Source of the DNA: the human T2T-CHM13v2.0 reference genome, Homo sapiens
Assembly: GCF_009914755.1 (NCBI RefSeq)
Contig: NC_060943.1
DNA length: 64,000 nucleotides
Strand: one strand, 5' to 3'
Of the stretch, positions 32,531-54,200 are shown piece by piece (within the stretch, counting starts at the first letter, position 1; every line of letters begins with the position of its first letter). A program made the translations under genes and the position numbers. The notes under the pieces were generated by a model. It did not search any database, was not told the origin of the DNA, and was given only the letters and a program-made list of their open reading frames with translations.

Positions 32531-33101
32531 TGCAGAGATCCAGCCACTGCACTCCAGCCTGGGCAACAGAGCGAGTCTCCGTCTCAAAAAAAATAAAATA
32601 AAATAAATAATTTCAACAGAATTATTAAAGATGTTAAATAGCCAGGTGCAGCGATTCATGCCAGTAATCCCAGCACTTTGGAAGGCTGAGACAGCAGGAT
32701 TATTTGAGGTCAGGAGTTCAAGACCAACACAGAAAGACCCTGTCTCTAACAACAACAAAAAAAATTTTAGCCAGGCTCATGTTGGTGTGTACTTGTAGCC
32801 CCAGCTACTCTGAAGGCTGAGGCAGGAGGATCACTTGAGATCAGAATTTGAGGCCACAGTGAGTTATGACTGCACTACTGTACTCCAGCTCAGGTGATAG
32901 ACAGCAAGACCCTGTCATTAAATTAAAAAAAAAAAAAAGATGTAAAGTAGAGGGTGGACCCAAAGGACAAATACTGTAGGACCAATACCACTTATATGAG
33001 GTTCCCAGAGGGGTCAGATTCACAGCCACAGTAGGCAAGATGGTGGTTTCCAGGGGCTGGGGGAAAGGGGAATGAAGAGTTATTGTTTAAATTGGTACTG
33101 A

Positions 33102-33425
<324 letters not shown>

Positions 33426-34065
33426 TGACTGGGGATAGAATTTTAGTTTGGGGAGATAGAAAAGTTCTGGAGACAGATGGTAGTCATGGTTGCACAATAA
33501 TGTGAATGTATTTAATGCCACTGAACTGTACACAGAGAAGTGGTTAAAATGGTGATGTTTATGTTATGTGTATTTTATCATACGCACACAAAAATAAAGG
33601 GTAGCAGTAATGGACGAAGTGAAGCAGAGGCTGACGGGGACTGGAATGGCCATGGAGGGGAGGTGGAGAGGGGAATAGCAGCCAAGCAGGGAGCAACCCA
33701 TACTTTGGGACCACCAAGTGGCTCATGCCCCATAAATTCCCAGTAGAGCAAAGGGTAGAAGTAAGACATGGAGTGGAATCTTCCTACACCCTGACCCTCA
33801 CCCATCTCACACAGCAGCCATGTAGTAGCTTGACATGCACCCGCCCCAGAAAAGTTGCAGGGGTTCTTCTGTTAAAAAAAAAAAAAAGAGGCTGGGTGCG
33901 GTGGCTCACACCTGTAATCCCAGCACTTTGGGAGGCCGAGGTGGGCAGATCACTTGAGGTCAGGAGTTTGAGACCAGCCTGGCCAACATGGTGAAACCCC
34001 GTCTCTACTAAAAATACAAAAATTAGCCAGGCGTGGTGGTGCACACCTGTAATCCCAGCTACTCA

Positions 34066-34212
<147 letters not shown>

Positions 34213-34689
34213 TCATTGGAGGTTCACCAATGTCTAGAGAATGGCTTCCTTCCTGATCACCCTAAGTGAAGTCCTCCAGTGAATGAGTCCACTAAAAATA
34301 CAGAGGCCCTCAACAAATGATTTATGACATCGTTCTCACATACATTCCAATATGGTGACTTTGATGAAAGTCTCCAACATGCAAGACTCACACTAAGATA
34401 TGCAAGCAAAAAGCAGGACGAGGAGGCAGGGACATCTTCATGCTATGTAACTGTCAGCACAGCCAAACCCACGCATAGTCAGAACCAGTAGCACATGTGC
34501 ATAACGGGCCCACCCTACCATGCACACAGCCTGGACAGCAGGCCTGCGTGGAGCAAACAAAGATAACTCAGGAATAGAAAAGAACTTTAAAATATCTCTA
34601 TGTACTTGGCCTGTGAGCTAAATCTGCATTTATCATAGCTGGAAATCAATAGACAATCTCCAAAATGGATGAATCAAGAACTGGTGATA

Positions 34690-35490
34690 ATGGGATACTA
34701 CTCAGCCATTTAAAAAAAAGAAATTGTGTCACTTCACATGCAACCCCAGCACTTTGGGAGGCCAAGATGGGAGGATTGCTTGAGGCCAGGAGTTTGAGAC
34801 CAGCCTGGACAGGAGAGGGAGACCTCTGTCTCTAAAAAAAGAAAAAGACATCATGTCTTTTGCAGCAACATGGATGGAACTGGAGGCCATTATCTTAAAT
34901 GAAACAGCTCAGAAACAGAAAGAAAAATGCTGCATGTTCTCACTTGCAAGTGGGAGCCAAATAATGTGTACACATGGACATAAGTGTGGACTGATAGACA
35001 CTGGAGACTAGGAAAGGTGGGAGGCTGGGAGGAGAGTGGATGATGAGAAATGAACAGGTACAGGTTGGGGGCAGTGGCTCATGCCTATAATCCCAGCACT
35101 TTGAGAGGCCTAGTTGGGTGGCTCTCTTGAGCCCAGGAGTTCAAGACTAGCCTGGGCAACAGGGCAAAACCCTGTTTCCACAAAAAATACAAAAATTAGC
35201 TGGGTATGGTGGTGCATGCCTGTAGTCCCAGCTACTTAGGAGGCTGAGGTGGGAGGATTCCTTGAGTCCAGGAATTCCAGGCTACAGTGAGCAGAGATCA
35301 TGCCACTGCACTCTAGCCTGGGCCACAGAGTGACAGCCTGTCTCAAAAAAAATAATAAAAACAAAAAATAACAGGCAAAATGTACTTTATTCAGATGATG
35401 GGTACACTAAAAGCCCTGACTTCACCATTATTCAATAGATCCATGTAACAACACTGCACTTGTACCCCTAAAATTAACACAAATTTAAAA
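34690..35490 (+). mobile_element. L1MA-type 3' end interrupted by Alu sequences
   Basis: TTTGCAGCAACATGGATGGAACTGGAGGCCATTATC...CACTAAAAGCCCTGACTTCACC...TGCACTTGTACCCC. Confidence 0.85.
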
Positions 35491-36466
35491 TAGGACCAGG
35501 TGCAGTGGTTCAGGCCTGTAATCCCAGCACTATAGGAGACAGAAGTGGGTGGATCACTTAAGGTCAGGAGTTCAAGACCAGCCTAAGCAACATGGTGAAA
35601 GCCTATCTCTACTAAAAATACAAAAATTAGCCAGGCAAGGTGGTGCATGCCTGTAATCCCAGCTACTCGGGAGGCTGAGGCACAAGAATTACTTGAACCC
35701 AGGAGGTAGAGGTTGCAGTGAGCCTAGATGGGTGACAGCGAGATCCATCTCAAAAAAATAAAATAAAATAACTAGTGATGTAACCCTATTATTTCCATGC
35801 AACAATAACCACCAGGAGAAACAGCTGAAGGAACTAAATATGGTTGCCTCCATAGGACCACGGCTGGGGAGAGAGAGGCCGGAATGATCTCCATGCATCA
35901 TAAACCCTCCTGCATAATTTGATTGTTTAACCTTATGCATGTATTAGTGATACTTTGATTTTTAAAAAAATTGTTCCAAAGAAAATGACTAGAAGGTTTT
36001 TTCTCCTACAGCACTGTTTCATTCTGGAATCTTCCAATTAAGCTTTTGGCTAAACACATAAATATGATAATGATAATTATTCAGGAATCAGAAGGTTTGT
36101 AAAAACATTGTACCATTAGAGTAATCAAGCTCTGCTCTAACACATCTTGGCTTTTTGGGATAATTAGACCACACTGGAGGCCCAGATGGGGTGAATGAGA
36201 AAGCCATGGGTATCTGCCACAGAGTAACAAGAAAACCGTACACAAACCTACTCAGCTGGTAGTTTGAAATCTGCATGTTAACTTAGTACACAAGGAGAAA
36301 GGAATAAAAATACTTGGATTTAGGGCAAAACATTTCACTTTAAAAACTAAGCATAGAACATGAGTGCAGTAATTAATGTCCTACATAACTTATTTTAAGC
36401 CCTTGTGTTAAAATTGACTCTTTTGGGTGAGGGGAGGGGACAGGTCTCACTCTGTCCCCCAGGTAG

Positions 36467-36703
<237 letters not shown>

Positions 36704-37266
36704 TGACCTAAAACAAAATCTTTAAAGCTAGAAGTGATTTCTTCTATACGTTCCATTTTTTAAAAAATTCACCTCCTACTGTGAGCACAATACAAAAAAA
36801 AAATTTAACCTATTAATTCATCTAACCAAGATTTATTGTGTTCCTACTCTGAGCCAGGTCAAGTTGGCACTAAGAATGCAATGGTGAGACCAGGCACGGC
36901 AGCTCATGTCTGTAATACCAGGACTTTGGGAGGCTGAGGTGGGTGGATCACCTGACGTCAGGAGTTCGAGATCAGCAACTATCTCAGACAGCAGATCTCA
37001 GCAGTGAGAAGTCTCCCGAACTGAAAAATATCTAGGCTGAGCTGCAGTGAGAAGGCTTGACGGGGAGAATCTGGGAGAAGTTTCATGTGGTTTCTGGAAT
37101 ACAGGACAAAGGCTTGGAGGGGCGAGGCACAGTGGCTCATGCCTGTAATCCTAGCACTTGGGAAAGCGGAGGCAGGCAGATTGCCTGAGGCCAGAAGTTC
37201 AAGACCAACCTGGCCAACATAGTGAGACTCACCTCTCTATTTATATTTAATCATATTATATGATAA

Positions 37267-38280
<1,014 letters not shown>

Positions 38281-38469
38281 TTAAGGCTTGGAGGGAGTAG
38301 AGAGACAGAAGCGGGGAAGGTAAACGGGAGAGACAAAAGGCGAGACCAGAGATTTAAGCAAGTGCCAACTCACACAGGATTTTGTAAACAACATAACCCA
38401 GGATATTCCAAGAGAAAAGAGCAAGGAGAAGCTATTAAAGCCATTGAAGGCTTTGGGGATGGGGGGAAG

Positions 38470-39748
<1,279 letters not shown>

Positions 39749-39899
39749 GTGGGGTGGGCAGGGAGTCTTGAGGGACAGGTTTGGCATCATCAAATTTGCT
39801 TTAGAAATATTATTTTCAGGCTGGGCGTAGTGGCTCATGCCTGTAATCCCAGCACTTTAGTAGGCCAAGGCCAGAGGATCACTTGAGGTCAGGAGTTCA

Positions 39900-40125
<226 letters not shown>

Positions 40126-40608
40126 TCAGAAAAATTAATTATAGATTAGTTTCCATTATTTTGATTACTTTCCAATCATACATATCTTATCAATTTCTAT
40201 TGTTCGTTGTTAGGGTAGTTGGACAAATATTTGAGAAACGGTAAGGATAATAAAACTAATTGTAGAATGCTATTAAGTTTACAAAGCACTTAGTCATGCT
40301 TTTACTGCATTTACTTAGGAGGCAGATGGTATAGACAGATTTGCACCTGGTGCCACCATTCTTCTGCCCTGTGTCCATGGAAGGCACTGGTAATTGATCA
40401 CGGTACAAGCTCCTGATGTCTCAGACACAATCTCAGAATCCTTCTCAACACAAATTTCCAGGCAAGCAGTGTCATCTGCTTAAGTTGTCACTTGATGAAA
40501 AATTATATTTGCCATCCTAAAATGGTTTAAAGCACCCACATTGTGGAATTATAACAACTTGATTGAAATCCACGACTTCCACCTTAATACTAGATCTAAG
40601 TTACTTGA

Positions 40609-40785
<177 letters not shown>

Positions 40786-40796
40786 TGAGTAGCTGA

Positions 40797-41057
<261 letters not shown>

Positions 41058-41138
41058 TGACCTCTTGGTCAAGTGATCTTCCCAGCTCAGCCTCCTGAGT
41101 AGCTGGGACTACTGGAATGTGCTACCACGTACAACTAA

Positions 41139-41285
<147 letters not shown>

Positions 41286-41684
41286 TAAAATTAGACATAA
41301 AGACATGTAACAGAGGGCTGCTCTAACTAAATTAAGAAGCAGCAAACTATGAAATTTTACCATCTATGTATTTAACTATACCAATTCAACGATCCTGCCT
41401 TGGCAAGAGAGAGTAAGAGAAAGATAGGAATTAGTAACAATTCCACTCAATGTGCATGCACCCCAGAGCACGTATGGGATGGGCGACACCTTCCCTAGCA
41501 ATGGTTATTAGTCTCAGTTTCAGAGTGTCTCTCACAGAATAAGAGGTTCACCCAGTGAGAGTGGGTCTGTTGTTCGAAGGGACATATTTTCCAAAACACA
41601 TGGCCCCCAAATGCAAGCCAAGAGCATTATATATTGCTTAAATGAAGGACCAGCAGTCTATCTCTAGAGAAAAAAAACTAGCTA

Positions 41685-42096
<412 letters not shown>

Positions 42097-42983
42097 TTAG
42101 GCTGTAAATATCTAAATAAGCCACCAGTTTTGCTGTAAAGATGGGGGAAAACAGATAAAGTAAAATATCATACTGATTTTTCAGATGTCTATAAAATAGT
42201 CTAAAGGAACTAAATTCTAGAGAAAGAGGACAAGGCTTCATAGGTAGGAAAAATTAGGGATCATTGGGGGCATTTGCCAAGTCTGGGCATGGGCAGGCAG
42301 AGGATGGGCCCTGCCACAGAGGATGGGGCTCTCCTTGGCTAAGAAGAAACCACTGATTCTTTAAACATCTCTACGGGCTGGAGCAACAGATGGAAATATC
42401 TAAGAACTCAAAACACAGTGCTAGTCTTCCATTTTTGCTAAGTGGGTTACAGTGCAGGAGGCTGGGTCTTCTGTCTTCCTCATTGAAAGACAGACAGAAA
42501 ACTCCACTAATTCTTCATGCTCAGGTCCAAAATTCCACTAGAAGAAGGGGCCCACAAGACACGCAGATCACATCTTGCCCTTAAGACATTTAAAATCCAG
42601 GTGAACAAAAACTAACTAAATCTGCAATTCATCCAACCCCAATTCAGCTCCACTGTTGATTGGATCTGACTGATCAAGCTCCTCATCCTAATTGACTGGC
42701 AAGAGGAAAGGGCTTGCCCTCTCCAGGGAAAAAAATATTTACTTCCGTCACTTTGGTTCTTTACAATGTCTAGAATACAGTATCTAGCTAGACACAATAT
42801 CTGGCATAAAATTAAAAATTATGAGATGCAAAGAAGCAGGAAAATGTGATGCATAATCAAGAGAAAAAACAATACATGCAGATTCTTATATGATTGAGAT
42901 GCTGGAACTCACAGATAAGGACTTTATGATAATTACTATAAATATGTTAATGAAATTAGAGCATAAAATAGACAAAATGATAA

Positions 42984-43496
<513 letters not shown>

Positions 43497-44279
43497 TAAA
43501 AAAGAGAGAAATCCATTAATCTGGGGATCAAGTGTACTAACACTAAGGTGAGATGCAATCTCAGGATAAGACTTTGGAGTATTGTTTACCATATATACAT
43601 TTTGTTTGTTTGTTTGTTTGTTTGTTTGAAACGGAGTCTGGCTCTGTCACCCAGGCTGGAGTGCAGTGGCGCCATCTCGGCTCCCTGCAGCTCCCTGCTT
43701 CCCAGGTTCAAGTGATTCTCGGGCCTCAGCCTCCTGAGTAACTGGGATAACAGGTGTGTGCCACCATGCCCTGCTAATTTTTTGTATTTTTACAGTATCT
43801 CATTGTGTTGGCCAGGCTGGTCTTGAACTCCTGACCTCAAGTGATCTGCCTGCCTCGGCCTCCCAAAGTGCTGGGATTGCAGGCATAGGCCACCACGCCC
43901 AGTCACTATATCTAATTTTTACTGGTTTCCAGAAAGAACTAATCGTGCTGTTCCAAGAAGTGAAGTTAGCCAACAGGATCTACTTCCTCTTTCAATCCAA
44001 GGCCATGCTCCTCCCAGACAACCCCAGCCAACGACAGAACACAACAGGGGTACTAGGGCCTAACCATTTCTGTTCCAAAGAGCCATCTTCACTCCAGGGC
44101 TTCCTGTTGGGTTGGCCAAGACGTTGTCAGATCTGCAGTACGGTCTGGGGCTCTCCCTGCTCAATCCTGCTTCTTCTCCGTTTTACCTTTCTCAGGCATT
44201 ACCTCCAATAAACCTCTTAACTCTGGCTCAGCATCTAATTCTGAGAAGAACCAACAGACACACATGGCTTTAGAACTCA

Positions 44280-44709
<430 letters not shown>

Positions 44710-45138
44710 TCATTTAGGATATGTGTTTGCTGGTCAGGAGAGACTCAAAATAACACTGCCACAAATAGTGTCACAAAATTCCTGGACTTCTAGCTGATCC
44801 TGTGAAATAGTCAGATAAGTGAGTAAAGCCATCTTGGACCCTCTAGACCAGGCAAGCTGCCCTCAATGATTCCAGTTGAGGCTACACGGAACTGAATTGC
44901 TTAGTCAAGCCTGATCCATGAAATTGAGAGGTATAATAAAGTGATAATTGTTTTAAGTCACTGAATTTGGGGGTGGTTCCTATAAACAGAACACATCTCC
45001 TAACTAATACAGAGACAAAAACTTACCTTAAAAGTTTATATCTAGGCCGGGCATGGTGGCTCACGTCTGTAATCCCAGCACTTTGGGAGGCCGAGACGGG
45101 CGGATCACGACGTCAGGAGATTGAGACCATCCTCGTTA

Positions 45139-45406
<268 letters not shown>

Positions 45407-45597
45407 TTATTTTCATATGTTGTTTGTTTTTTTTCCTTTTAAGAAAGTCTTTATACTCACACAATTCTGTATTCAGCTTTTTTACTTACATATTATTTCA
45501 AAAGCAAGTGCCTGTTTTTGCTACATAAACTTAGTTTTTAATAGGGCCATTTTACATGGAAAGTTTGCCTTTTTGAGATAGAATTCACATATCATAA

Positions 45598-45822
<225 letters not shown>

Positions 45823-46006
45823 TGACCTCGTGATCTGCCCACCTCAGCCTCCCAAAGTGCTGGGATCACAGGCTTGAGCCACCGCGCCCGGCCCTAAGTT
45901 CACTTTTTAAAGTATACAATTTAGTGGGTTTTCGTATATCCACAAAGCCATGCAACCATTATCATTATATACTTCCAGACATTTTCTTTTTTCTTTCCCT
46001 TTTTGA

Positions 46007-46147
<141 letters not shown>

Positions 46148-46441
46148 TGACTAATTTTTTTGTGTTTTTAGTAGAGACGGGGTTTCACCATGTTGGCCAG
46201 GCCAGTCTTGACCTCCTGACCTAAGGCGATCCACCAGCCTCGGTCTCCGAAAGTGCTGGGATTACAGGCACAAGCCCCTGTGCCCATCCTACTTCCAGAC
46301 ATTTTTATCACCCCAGAAAGAAACCCTGCGCCCCTTGGTAGTGACTTCCCATTCCTACTCCTCACCCCCATGTCCCAGCCCCTTGCAGCCACTAATCTAC
46401 TAATATTTTCTGCCTCTGTGGATTTGCCTGTTCTTGGTGTT

Positions 46442-46475
<34 letters not shown>

Positions 46476-47489
46476 AGACAGAGTCTCGCTCTGTCGCCCA
46501 GGCTGCAGTGCCTCTCGAGTAGCTGGAATTACAGGCATGAGCCACTGACAGTGAGCTTATCCTTTTTCCATCTGTAACAATTTCCAAATGTACATCTCCA
46601 TTTCAGATCTCCTGACTTTTAGGGTCATACCAATTATGAAATAGACGCAATTGCTTGGTGTCCCAACAGGCACTTCCAGCTCAACAAGTGCAAAATTATT
46701 TGCATCTATTAGTATTTCCATCCTCCCCCCAAATAAACTTCCTTTTATCCGTTCTCCTTATGCTCATCACTAGCCCTAGGACTGACCTAGGTGTTCAGTC
46801 CTGGAACTAGGAGTCCTTATCTGGCTACACCCAATCAGTCACCAATCTGTTAGATTCTACTTTATGTTTTGCAACTCATGGTTTCCTGCACCCTAGGGCG
46901 GCAGGAACTATGTATAATGCAGCTGATCAGTTGGTAGCCCCTAGTGTAATATGCACATTAATCTCCGTTTCATGTACTAGAAACAAGGTTGAGAACCGTG
47001 ACACATTTTATGACCATCGCAGGCTTCCTAAAGATCCAAAATCCATTGTTGCTTCCCTGCTTAAGAGCTCCCGGCAACCTGCAGAAAAACTAAATTCTTC
47101 CCCATTCATGTTTTCAGCAGTAGAAGCTCTAGAATTTCTACACTTGAGGAGCTATGGGGTAAGAAAGAAGATCTGGAGGATTTGCGAGGCTTGTCCAAAG
47201 CAATTCCCAGCTAGTACACTGTTTTTTCCTTATATTTGTCTTTACTTTATGAGGCTAGGGGATGGCTGTTGGACAATATGGGAGAAACAAAGCCCTCAAC
47301 CCTCACCACCTTTGGTGTGGCCACTGCTATCCACTATAACTCCTAATATACTCTGCATTCTTTAGGCTGTGGCCACACTGAATTGCTTACTTTCCAGAAT
47401 GCATCTCACTCTTCCTCCTGTAATCACTCCATCTCCTGTTTGATCTGAAAGCTTCTTAATCCCATCTCTATTTCAGGCAAGATTTGAAG

Positions 47490-48780
<1,291 letters not shown>

Positions 48781-48900
48781 TTTCCGGGCACGGTGGCTCA
48801 CGCCTGTAATCCCAGCACTTTGGGAGGCCAAGGCAGGTGAACACTTGAGGCCAGGAGTTCAAGACCAGCCTGGCCAACATGGTGAAACCCATCTCTACTA

Positions 48901-49158
<258 letters not shown>

Positions 49159-49259
49159 TCAGAGCTCTGTCTCTCTCCTGTGTCCCTCTCTTATGATGCC
49201 AGGCTTCTCGCCATTTGCTCACTCAGCTCACCGTCCTGCCTGTGCTCTGCCTTCATCCT

Positions 49260-50340
<1,081 letters not shown>

Positions 50341-50894
50341 AACGTTTGAGATTCGACAGAAACCCTGGTTCACGGAATTGATCCAAGCTACATACTGATA
50401 ATTGGGATTAGTGAGTTACAATGGCGTTGCAAGCCATGAAACTGGTTCAGACCGGCTGAATGAGCGGGACAGGAAGGGGCTGAAACACTTGAGTCCTTGT
50501 GAGAGCCCCAGCTCCAGGGGCAGCCTCGGGGGAAGCTCCCCGGGCGATGACTGCGGTAATGGAGCCGTAGGAGCTCCACGAGGTGCAGGTTCAGCGTCTT
50601 AGAAGGATGAGCAGCGGCTCGCCACAGCTCGGAGGCGGGTGGGCAGCGCTCCAGGCCGAGGGCCCCGCGTCGGCAAAGACACAGGACCCACGACAAGGCG
50701 GCCACGGCCTGAGTCAAAAGGAAGGCCGCGCGCCTCCTCTCCAGCCCGCAGCAAGCGGGTGCCACGAGGCACTCAGCCGGTCCCCGAAGTTCCTCTCACG
50801 CGGCCCCAAGACCACCACCGTAGTCCAGGCCAACAAGCGCTGCCGGGACTCCCGAGGCCACGAATGAGCCGGGAGCCACCAGTAGCCGGCCAAG

Positions 50895-50904
50895 TCTCGC
50901 GAGA
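50895..50904. promoter_or_regulatory. TCTCGCGAGA (CGCG element, BANP motif)
   Basis: Exact palindromic 10-mer ~240 bp upstream of the LSM14A ATG. Confidence 0.8.
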
Positions 50905-50934
50905 GCGCGGCCTCGCCCTCCCAGCATGCCCCGC

Positions 50935-50936
50935 GC

Positions 50937-50967
<31 letters not shown>
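50935..50967 (+). repeat. (GCC)3 GCT (GCC)7 trinucleotide repeat in the promoter/5' leader
   Basis: Read directly from sequence. Confidence 0.95.
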
Positions 50968-51024
50968 GCGCCGCGGCTTGAGGGCGGGAGGCTGGGGGAG
51001 GGTAGCGGAGCCGGCGCCGCCGCC

Positions 51025-51051
51025 ATGTTGGGTCTGAAGCGGCTGCTGTAG
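51025..51051 (+). other. Upstream [11 protein letters not shown] ahead of the LSM14A ATG
   Basis: GCCGCCGCC-ATG TTG GGT CTG AAG CGG CTG CTG TAG; stop lies 91 nt before the main ATG. Confidence 0.6.
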
Positions 51052-51142
51052 GCGCCGACGGAGCGAGCGGGCGTGCGGAGCGGGCGACAGTGGCGTGGGA
51101 TCTGCCTCTCTGCGAGCAGCTGGGAGCGGCGGCGGCGGCGCC

Positions 51143-51263
51143 ATGAGCGGGGGCACCCCTTACATCGGCAGCAAGATCAGCCTCATCTCCAAGGCGGAGA
51201 TCCGCTACGAGGGCATCCTCTACACCATCGACACCGAAAACTCCACCGTAGCCCTTGCCAAAG
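51143..51263 (+). CDS. LSM14A: LSM14A (RAP55A) coding exon 1, N-terminal part of the Lsm domain; phase-1 intron follows
   Basis: GGCGCCATGA start. Translation [40 protein letters not shown] (40 codons + 1 nt) matches the LSM14A N-terminus. Donor AAAG|GTACGC at 51263/51264. Lies in a CpG island. Confidence 0.97.
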
Positions 51264-54200
51264 GTACGCGGGACCGGGCCTCAGGGTGGGGGCCGAGCCG
51301 GGCGCCGCTCGGGGCTGCTCCCCGCTCCGGCCCGCGGCCTCCTCGTTCCCTCCCCTCCCTCCGTCGAGCTCCGGGAGGCCTCTCGCCTCCCTTCTCCGGG
51401 CCCCGGCGTCGCGGGCCGGACCGCGGCCTCCCCGCGGCTCCCTGGCTTCCGCCCCCCGGAATGTCCGCGCCTGAAGCCCGGGGAACTACGGGACTGAGTG
51501 CGCGGCGGGCGGCCCTGAAGTCCGAGAACGGGCCGGAGAACACGGAGAAACGCGTCTTCCAACTCCGAAATTCGGGGCTTCTGCCGTCTTAGCACAAAAC
51601 AAAGCCGGAGTATTCAAAGAATTTTTCCGCCCAGCTTGAGTTCATCGCGGATGCGTTGACTACACAGCACCCATTTTCTCACTTTGTTCATTTCAATTCG
51701 TGGCGATCTTCCTCTGGTGAACTCTTGAGTAATGTGCTAAAACTTTGGGTTTGCTCTGCGACGCAGACATTCTCGAAATGCCATCGATGCCGTGGAGCAG
51801 ATCCCATCTCCCTCGGCTCATCCTCTGTTGGTATTTACCTGTTAAACCGGAATCCTCAAAGCCTGTTGTGCAACCACCTCATTAGGGCGCGTGGTAAAAA
51901 TGCTTGCTGCTGCCCCGACACCCCTGTTTCTGGAAACGGGTTCAAGCTTGATCCAGGATCCTTCTTGACCAGGCAAGCTTGACCTTTGATCCAGGCTCAG
52001 TGGGCGTTGACTGATCCCTCTGGAGGCTCTCTGGGAAAGGGAATTCGGCCGAGAAGGAAGGTGCCCCTACTCACAGTGTTAATATTTGGCATCCCTAGAG
52101 TCTGTGTGGGTTTTGTTTCCGTTCACACGTGCAGGGCCTTTGCTCCGCCAGGAAACCAGAAAGAAAATAAACTTTAGCTCCTGAATCTTAAAGGAAATCT
52201 CACAACAGTGTAAAATACTTTGAGGGAAGCTAGATAACCTAGGTGATTTTCCCAGCACTTCTGGTAGAGGTGGGAACTGCATGGCATGGTTAGGGACCCT
52301 GTGGATAGGTTAGGTCCAAGGATAAAGAAGAAGATTTTCGAAATCTGTAAAATTTTAAAAATCGTTAACAGATAGGGGAGTGGTTTCACGGGATCAAGTA
52401 TTTAATAATATTTCTTGGATGCTCTGGTAAATCCTTTATTTATTTATTTATTTATTTTTCTAAGATGGAGTTTAGCTCTTTTTGCTCAGGCTGGAGTGCA
52501 AAGGCAATGATTTCGGCTCACTGCAACGTCCGCCTCCCGGGTTCAAGTGATTCTCCTGCCTCAGCCTCCCAAGTAGCTGGGATTATAGGCGCCTGCCACC
52601 ACCCCTAGCTAATTTGGTATTTTTAGTAGAGACGGGGTTTCACCATGTTGGCCAGGCTGGTCTCGAACTCCTGACCTCAGGTGATCCACCCGCCTCGGCC
52701 ACCCAAAGTGCTGGGATTACAGGCATGAGCCACCGCGCCCAGCCTCTGGTAAATCTTTTTAATAGCCCTGGTGTTGGGACAAATCTTATACCTGGGTAGG
52801 GAACCTTTTGATGTTACAGAACTGTACACCATAAAGGAGTAGTATGAGATGGTGATAGTTGCACAACTCTGCAAATTTGCTGAAGATCATTGAATTATAC
52901 ACTTTTTAAAATCACCAAGTCTAATTTTAAAAGTAGTATGAAAAACCAGGGAGTACCCCCACATTTCCCTCTTCACCTTGTGAAACATTATGCAGTGACA
53001 CATTACCTCATTAAAACACCTGTAGACTTGGCGGTTAGAAATCGGCTATAGGATGTATGATGGATGGTATTTGGTGTTTATTAAAGACTTTCCCAGTGAT
53101 GCTTCTTAAGTAACTTAGTTTTTGCTTGGCCTTATTTTGAATTTATTTTTATATTTTTTATACAATAGTTACTTAGCTGTATAGTGTTTTTCTGGCTTTT
53201 TGAAATTATGAAAAAGCCTCTCTTTATGAAATTATGAAAAGTGCTGGGTGAGAGCCAGATATGGGTTGAAAATAATTTCTCATTAAAGTGGTTTAATAAA
53301 TTTGTTTTAAAGTATTGCTTTACCTAATCTGAATTTAAAAGTGTCTTGCCAGCTTAGTGACTCAATAAGTTGGCTGTGTTACCTTTATTCCTCACAAAGA
53401 AAAAAAATACATTTGAAAATTTTAAAGTATTTTTGTTCTTTTTTAAAAACTACGAACATATCCTTTTATGCAGGAACCCCAAAAGTCTACATTTTAACAA
53501 CCCACATTTTAAAAAACTTTTCAGCAGCTTTTAGAGTCAGTATTTCATTAGTCTGTAATAGTTAAATTCATATGACATAATGACATAAAATATAAATTTG
53601 TTCTTTGTGTCATGACTTGATAAATATATGAATATAGCAGTGAAAAATTTTTTTAATCATTGAATTTATGTTTGTACTCATGGCTTTGATATTTCATCCC
53701 ACATCATTATATGCTTTTTCTTTTTCTTTTTTTTTTTTCTTTTTGAGATGGCGTCTCACTCTGTTGCCCAGGCCGGAGTGCAGTGGCACAATCCTGGCTC
53801 CCTGTAACCTCTGCCTTCCAAGTTCAAGCAATTCTCCTGCCTCAGCCTCCTGAGTAGCTGGGATTACTGGCGCGTGCCACCACGCTTGGCTAATTTTTGT
53901 ATTTTTTAGTTGAGACAGGCTTTCACCATATTGGCCAGGCTGGTCTTGAACTCCTGACCTCAAGTGATCCACCTGCCTCGGCCTCCCAGAATGCCGGGAT
54001 TACAGGCATGAGCCACCGCACCCGGCTGCTTTTTCTTAAGCAACATGAGTTAAATGTGTAACCAGTTTGGGGAATTTGATTATGTTCGCAAAAACTGACA
54101 TTATCAAACCTTTATATATTAGTCTACATGATATTATCTAATCGAAAACTACATTATAACTGTCTAGTCAATACTGGACACATTTCAGATTTCAAGATTA

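Larger units (their letters stand above)
50450..51700 (+). promoter_or_regulatory. CpG-island promoter of LSM14A
   Basis: Very high GC and CpG density around exon 1, TCTCGCGAGA element, GC-box-like GGGCGGG, YY1-type CGCCATGTT, no TATA box seen. Confidence 0.93.

Noticed and set aside
46885-46950. Two weak CTCF-like sequences
   Set aside because: Mismatches at core positions; much weaker than 24442-24459
46910-47365. 151-aa ATG ORF in non-Alu sequence
   Set aside because: No recognisable domain, promoter or splice context; adjoins degraded L2-like sequence
51095-51592. 165-aa ORF containing the LSM14A N-terminus
   Set aside because: Starts at a GTG upstream of the true ATG (51143) and reads through the donor into GC-rich intron; only 51143-51263 is coding
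50388-51595. Many overlapping Pro/Arg/Gly/Ala-rich ORFs on both strands
   Set aside because: Expected stop-codon scarcity in a CpG island; no recognisable domain
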